A stretch of 64,000 nt of DNA from Candidatus Poribacteria bacterium (GTDB taxonomy: Bacteria > Poribacteria > WGA-4E > WGA-3G), in contig JAGFCB010000014.1 of assembly GCA_022394775.1 (NCBI GenBank), forward strand, positions 7,715 to 71,714, read 5' to 3'. This document shows positions 60,078-64,000 of the stretch, piece after piece. Both the position numbers and the translations under genes were made by a program. Every line of letters starts with the position of its first letter. Positions within the stretch are counted from its first letter, which is position 1. The notes beneath the pieces are model-generated. The model made no database searches, was not told the origin of the DNA, and saw only the letters and a list, made by a program, of their open reading frames with translations.

Positions 60078-61715
60078 ATGAAAGCCTCAGAACTCACCGT
60101 AAAATGCTTAGAAAACGAAAACGTTGACTATATTTTCGGGATACCAGGCGAAGAAAACCTGGATCTCATGGATGCCTTATTGGAATCCGAAATTCAATTT
60201 ATTCAGACGCGCGACGAACGCGGTGCTGCCTTCATGGCAGATGTCTATGGGCGGCTCACTGGACGCGCAGGTGTGTGTCTCGCGACGCTTGGTCCTGGTG
60301 CGATGAACCTTGTCACGGGAGTTGCTGATGCCAATATGGATAGGGCACCTCTCGTTGCGATTACTGGACAAGCCAGTCTGGACAGGATGCACAAGGAATC
60401 GCATCAATACATGGATGTCGTCTCTGTTTTCAAACCGATGACAAAATGGAATACGCTCCTCCATCTACCTGAAATCATCCCCGAATCAATAAGCAAAGCC
60501 TTCAAAATCGCAACAGGCGAAAAGCCTGGGGCTACCCACATCGATTTTCCTGAAGATGTCGCAAAAATACAAATCGACGCAGAACCTATTCCACACGACT
60601 TTCCGAGTGAAGCAGAACCTATCGCCTCTTGTTTACAACGTGCTGCACAACTGATTAACGACGCGAAACAACCCATTATTCTCGCAGGGAACGGTGTCAT
60701 CCGACAAAACGCCTCTCGAATGCTAACCCAATTCGCAGAAATGACCAATATCCCGGTGGCGCATACCTTTATGGGTAAAGGGAGCATCCCTTGGACGCAT
60801 CGCCTTTCGCTTTTAAGTGTCGGCTTGCAAGCAAACGATTTTGTCTCCTGCGGGTTTGATCGCGCCGACCTCGTTATTGCTATCGGTTACGATATTGTCG
60901 AATACCACCCACGCCTCTGGAACCCGAATCGAGATAAGAAACTCATCCATATTGACACACAACCGAGTGAAAGTGATGCTTCTTACGTCACTGATGTGGA
61001 AATGGTCGGCAACATCCGCCAAAGTCTCAGACACCTCATGGCACAAGAAATTTATCCCAAAGATGCGGAGTATGCCTCAAACACTTTAAGGAAAATCATA
61101 CTTGATCAACTTGAAGAACATCGCGATGACGCAGATTTTCCGATGAAACCACAAAAAGTTTTAAGCGATGTCCGTTCTGTACTCGCCGATGATGATATTC
61201 TCATTTCCGATGTCGGCGCACATAAAATGTGGATTGCACGCATGTATCCGTGCGCTCAACCCAATACATGCATCATCTCCAATGGATTCGCCGCCATGGG
61301 GATCGCACTCCCCGGGGCTTTCGTCGCCAAACTTATCTATCCAGAGCGTAAATGTTTGGCTGTCTGCGGCGATGGTGGGTTCATGATGAACTCTCAAGAA
61401 CTCGAAACCGCTGTCCGAACAGAAGTGCCTTTTGTTACCCTTATCTTCAATGATGAGGCTTATGGACTCATTGAATGGAAGCAGATGAATGGCTTTGGTA
61501 GACCCGCACACATTGATTTCACGAATCCTGATTTCGTCAAGTACGCCGAAGCCTTCGGCGCCAAAGGTTATAGAGTTGAAGGCAGCGACGAACTCGTTCC
61601 TATACTCAAAGATGCGTTCAACCAAAAGGTTCCTTCAGTCATTGATTGCCCTGTCAACTACGCAGAAAACCTACGCTTGACGAACGAACTCGGACAACTG
61701 ACATGTCCCATTTAA
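60078..61715 (+). CDS. Acetolactate synthase, catabolic-type (AlsS-like TPP enzyme)
   Basis: N-terminus VDYIFGIPGEENLDLMDAL...RDERGAAFMADVYGRLTGRAGVCLATLGPGAMNLVTGVADA; TPP motif GDGGFMMNSQE. Confidence 0.75.
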   Translation: MKASELTVKCLENENVDYIFGIPGEENLDLMDALLESEIQFIQTRDERGAAFMADVYGRLTGRAGVCLATLGPGAMNLVTGVADANMDRAPLVAITGQASLDRMHKESHQYMDVVSVFKPMTKWNTLLHLPEIIPESISKAFKIATGEKPGATHIDFPEDVAKIQIDAEPIPHDFPSEAEPIASCLQRAAQLINDAKQPIILAGNGVIRQNASRMLTQFAEMTNIPVAHTFMGKGSIPWTHRLSLLSVGLQANDFVSCGFDRADLVIAIGYDIVEYHPRLWNPNRDKKLIHIDTQPSESDASYVTDVEMVGNIRQSLRHLMAQEIYPKDAEYASNTLRKIILDQLEEHRDDADFPMKPQKVLSDVRSVLADDDILISDVGAHKMWIARMYPCAQPNTCIISNGFAAMGIALPGAFVAKLIYPERKCLAVCGDGGFMMNSQELETAVRTEVPFVTLIFNDEAYGLIEWKQMNGFGRPAHIDFTNPDFVKYAEAFGAKGYRVEGSDELVPILKDAFNQKVPSVIDCPVNYAENLRLTNELGQLTCPI

Positions 61716-61746
61716 AAGTAGTAGGCACGCGCCGCGTGCCGTAAAC
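61716..61746 (+). repeat. Stop-codon-associated palindromic element AAGTAGTAG-GCACGCGCCGCGTGCC-GTAAAC
   Basis: Perfect 8-bp palindrome GGCACGCG/CGCGTGCC immediately after the alsS-like stop. Third member of the 32334 family. Confidence 0.6.
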
Positions 61747-61748
61747 AT

Positions 61749-61843
61749 CTTAGGACTTACGCGTTTTTCTATGATAATCTACATATTATGTCCTGCTGGC
61801 TGGGTTTGAAACCCCGCCAGCGCGGAGGGCTGCGTAAGTCCTA
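61749..61843. repeat. MITE/REP-like element with TIRs TTAGGACTTACGCG / GCGTAAGTCCTAC and palindromic core CTGGCTGGGTTTGAAACCCCGCCAG
   Basis: Same TIR as 444 and 29028; same core as 22677. Confidence 0.75.
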
Positions 61844-61928
61844 CATCTTTCAGACGCTAATCGTGGTTTTAGTCTATTTGTTTTCGGAGATGCTTCGTTT
61901 TTTCTAAAGGAGGACCCTCTACCCAAAA

Positions 61929-62969
61929 ATGGCAGTTTCAACAATTGAATGGGCTGACGGCAGAATTCGGATGATTGACCAAACGCTGTTGCCCAACGAA
62001 TTCAAACATATTTATTGCGATGATCTCCCCTCAACCTGGGAGGCAATTAAATCGCTACGTGTTCGCGGTGCCCCCGCTATCGGAATCGCTGGCGCATTAG
62101 GGGCAGTACTCGGAATTTGGAATTCTACTGCGAAAACCTACGAGGCATTCGCTGCTGAACTCAAGTCCGCAACCGATTATCTCGCAACTTCTCGACCGAC
62201 AGCCGTCAATCTCTTTTGGGCGCTGGATCGAATGACACGCACAACGGAAGAAAATAATCATCTTCCAATTCCTGAACTCAAAGAGGTACTGCTCGCTGAG
62301 GCTTTGGAGATTATTGATGAGGATAAGGCGATGTGCCGGGCGATCGGGCAACACGGTATGACGTTGCTAAGCGAAAACGATACCATTCTGACGCATTGTA
62401 ACGCTGGCGGATTGGCTACATCCGACTACGGCACTGCCTTGGCTGTAATGTTTAGCGCGCACGAAGCCGGTAAGCAAATCCAAGTTTACGCCGATGAGAC
62501 GCGTCCGCTTTTACAAGGCGCACGTCTCACCACGTGGGAACTCATGCAAGCCGGCATTGATGTAACGCTTATCTGTGATAACATGGCTGCACAAGTCATG
62601 AAAGAGGGCAAAATCCAATGTGTTATTGTCGGAGCGGACCGGATTGCAGCAAATGGCGACACTGCAAACAAGATCGGCACCTATAACGTCGCTATCCTCG
62701 CTGAGGCACACGGCATCCCTTTTTATGTCGCTGCACCGACTTCAACATTAGATTTCGCCCTCGAAACAGGCGCGGAGATTCCTATTGAGCAACGCGCGTC
62801 GGAGGAGGTGACAGAGGGCTTCGGTAAACTTACTGCCCCTGAGGGCGTGAAAGTTTATAGTCCCGCATTCGATGTTACGCCTGCGGCGTTAGTCACAGCA
62901 ATTATCACCGAAAAAGGAATCGCGCACGCACCTTATACCGACAGCTTGAAGGCTTTACGGGATGCATAA
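61929..62969 (+). CDS. mtnA: S-methyl-5-thioribose-1-phosphate isomerase
   Basis: N-terminus IEWADGRIRMIDQTLLP...LRVRGAPAIGIAGA; eIF-2B/MtnA family. Confidence 0.85.
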   Translation: MAVSTIEWADGRIRMIDQTLLPNEFKHIYCDDLPSTWEAIKSLRVRGAPAIGIAGALGAVLGIWNSTAKTYEAFAAELKSATDYLATSRPTAVNLFWALDRMTRTTEENNHLPIPELKEVLLAEALEIIDEDKAMCRAIGQHGMTLLSENDTILTHCNAGGLATSDYGTALAVMFSAHEAGKQIQVYADETRPLLQGARLTTWELMQAGIDVTLICDNMAAQVMKEGKIQCVIVGADRIAANGDTANKIGTYNVAILAEAHGIPFYVAAPTSTLDFALETGAEIPIEQRASEEVTEGFGKLTAPEGVKVYSPAFDVTPAALVTAIITEKGIAHAPYTDSLKALRDA

Positions 62970-62983
62970 AACGATTCTGCAAG

Positions 62984-64000
62984 TTATGCCGCTTTGGCAA
63001 TGTTCGCCCGGGTGCCACCTATATCAAAGCAGTCGTACTGATTCGTATGCATAATCCGAGTCGCGAACGCCATTGCTTGTTTTTCTGTGAGGTAACCCTC
63101 TGCGATTTCGGCTTCAAGGGCGCGACGGATTTCGTTCCTCGCTTGAATCGCATAAGCCATCGCACTGGTTGGCCACCCTGTATCGCCGCCGAAGGCAAAC
63201 AGTTTATTTGACGGGACAGCATGGATACACCGACGCAGGAAATCGCGCGAACTGTACGGATCAATGCTCCATGCCCAGCAGAAGTCAACCCAAATATTGC
63301 GATAGTGTTTGGCGAGTGCGACCAATTCGTCGTTATAAGGGTAGGAGATGTGCATCAGGACGAACTTCGCGTCAAGATAGCGAGCAAATAAAGCGCACAT
63401 GTTGCCAGCACGGATACGGCGCACGGGCATCCGGTCATTGCCCGCATAATAGCCCGTGTGGATTTTAAAGGGCAGGTTGTGTTCAATCGTGAGCTCGACA
63501 CCGCGCGCCCAGCACCAATCACCGAGACACAAACGCGTCGCTTCATCAATGTCGCCAGCGGGTTTCGTGAGAACGGCGTTCAGCGCAGCGGCAGCCTCCG
63601 CATCGCTTCTTTCGCTCCAGTCGAGCGTCCGGTTATAAGCGTGTTGCGATTTTACGGCGATAGCGCACGGGGCATGTTTCGCGAAAAGTGCATCCATGCC
63701 GTGTTTAAGAGAAACGAGATCCTTGACTTCAACCCCCGTTTCGGCGTGGATAGCACTCGGATCCACCTGTCCGTTACAGAATGTTGCCCACGAAAGATCG
63801 TAGAGGAAAAAATCGGGACCAGAGGTGTCTGGTGTGCACTGCCAACTAAAATCGTCTGTTTGAATGTGATCAAGATTCGCGAGATCGTGTAAAATGTGAT
63901 AACGTTTGCCGGGCTCACGCAGCGTCTTTAAGTTATTGGCACCCGCGAGCCCATCGCCTGTCAGTTCCTCGAGTCCATAGATGTGTTTCGCGATGAGGCT
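62984..64000 (-). CDS. Amidohydrolase-family metal-dependent hydrolase; N-terminus lies outside the window
   Basis: The frame is open on the minus strand from 62984 to the window end, which I verified by hand translation. C-terminal KLFAFGGDTGWP is reminiscent of the amidohydrolase_2 Asp motif; His-containing strands HTGYY and LMHISYP. Confidence 0.5.
   Translation of the reverse strand, partial: SLIAKHIYGLEELTGDGLAGANNLKTLREPGKRYHILHDLANLDHIQTDDFSWQCTPDTSGPDFFLYDLSWATFCNGQVDPSAIHAETGVEVKDLVSLKHGMDALFAKHAPCAIAVKSQHAYNRTLDWSERSDAEAAAALNAVLTKPAGDIDEATRLCLGDWCWARGVELTIEHNLPFKIHTGYYAGNDRMPVRRIRAGNMCALFARYLDAKFVLMHISYPYNDELVALAKHYRNIWVDFCWAWSIDPYSSRDFLRRCIHAVPSNKLFAFGGDTGWPTSAMAYAIQARNEIRRALEAEIAEGYLTEKQAMAFATRIMHTNQYDCFDIGGTRANIAKAA

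Noticed and set aside
63652-63918. 88-aa minus-strand ORF near the window end
   Set aside because: It is out of frame with, and antisense-overlapping, the amidohydrolase frame. The amidohydrolase frame stays open to the window edge, which I checked by hand.
1-64000. CRISPR arrays, rRNA genes and tRNA genes
   Set aside because: No regularly spaced direct repeats and no rRNA- or tRNA-like conserved blocks were seen. All tandem repeats found are 2-copy only.

Overview
This is a gene-dense, roughly 50% GC bacterial contig of about 50 CDS, with no rRNA genes, tRNA genes or CRISPR arrays detected. The first and last CDS run off the window ends.

Conserved housekeeping blocks are glyA-folC-hppA, ilvD, tmk-holB-metG, a T-box leader in front of ilvB-ilvN-ilvC, sodA, and mtnA. 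These are interleaved with accessory genes typical of environmental PVC- or FCB-like lineages:
- an arylsulfatase
- a DUF1549/DUF1553 protein
- a Gfo/Idh/MocA oxidoreductase
- two PhyH dioxygenases
- FG-GAP and LamG/DUF1080 proteins
- two tandem SBP family 5 paralogs, one carrying an N-terminal dockerin
- two tandem ABC-2-like permeases with no ATPase
- a 1288-aa S8 protease with a T9SS C-terminal sorting domain
- a second, catabolic-type acetolactate synthase

The most interesting signals are noncoding:
- a T-box riboswitch with an intrinsic terminator upstream of ilvBNC
- a family of MITE/REP-like elements with 13-14 bp terminal inverted repeats (TAGGACTTACGCA) and two alternative palindromic cores, present in at least 7 copies, all immediately after stop codons
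- a second small palindromic family, TAGTAG-GGCAC..GTGCC-GTAAC, sitting exactly at three stop codons
- a conserved leader module, TACGGAAAGG followed about 30 nt later by GAACCGCAAGGAAAT-AAAAA, directly abutting the start codons of hppA, ilvN and ilvC.

All calls rest on reading the sequence and on recognising family motifs; no database search was run.
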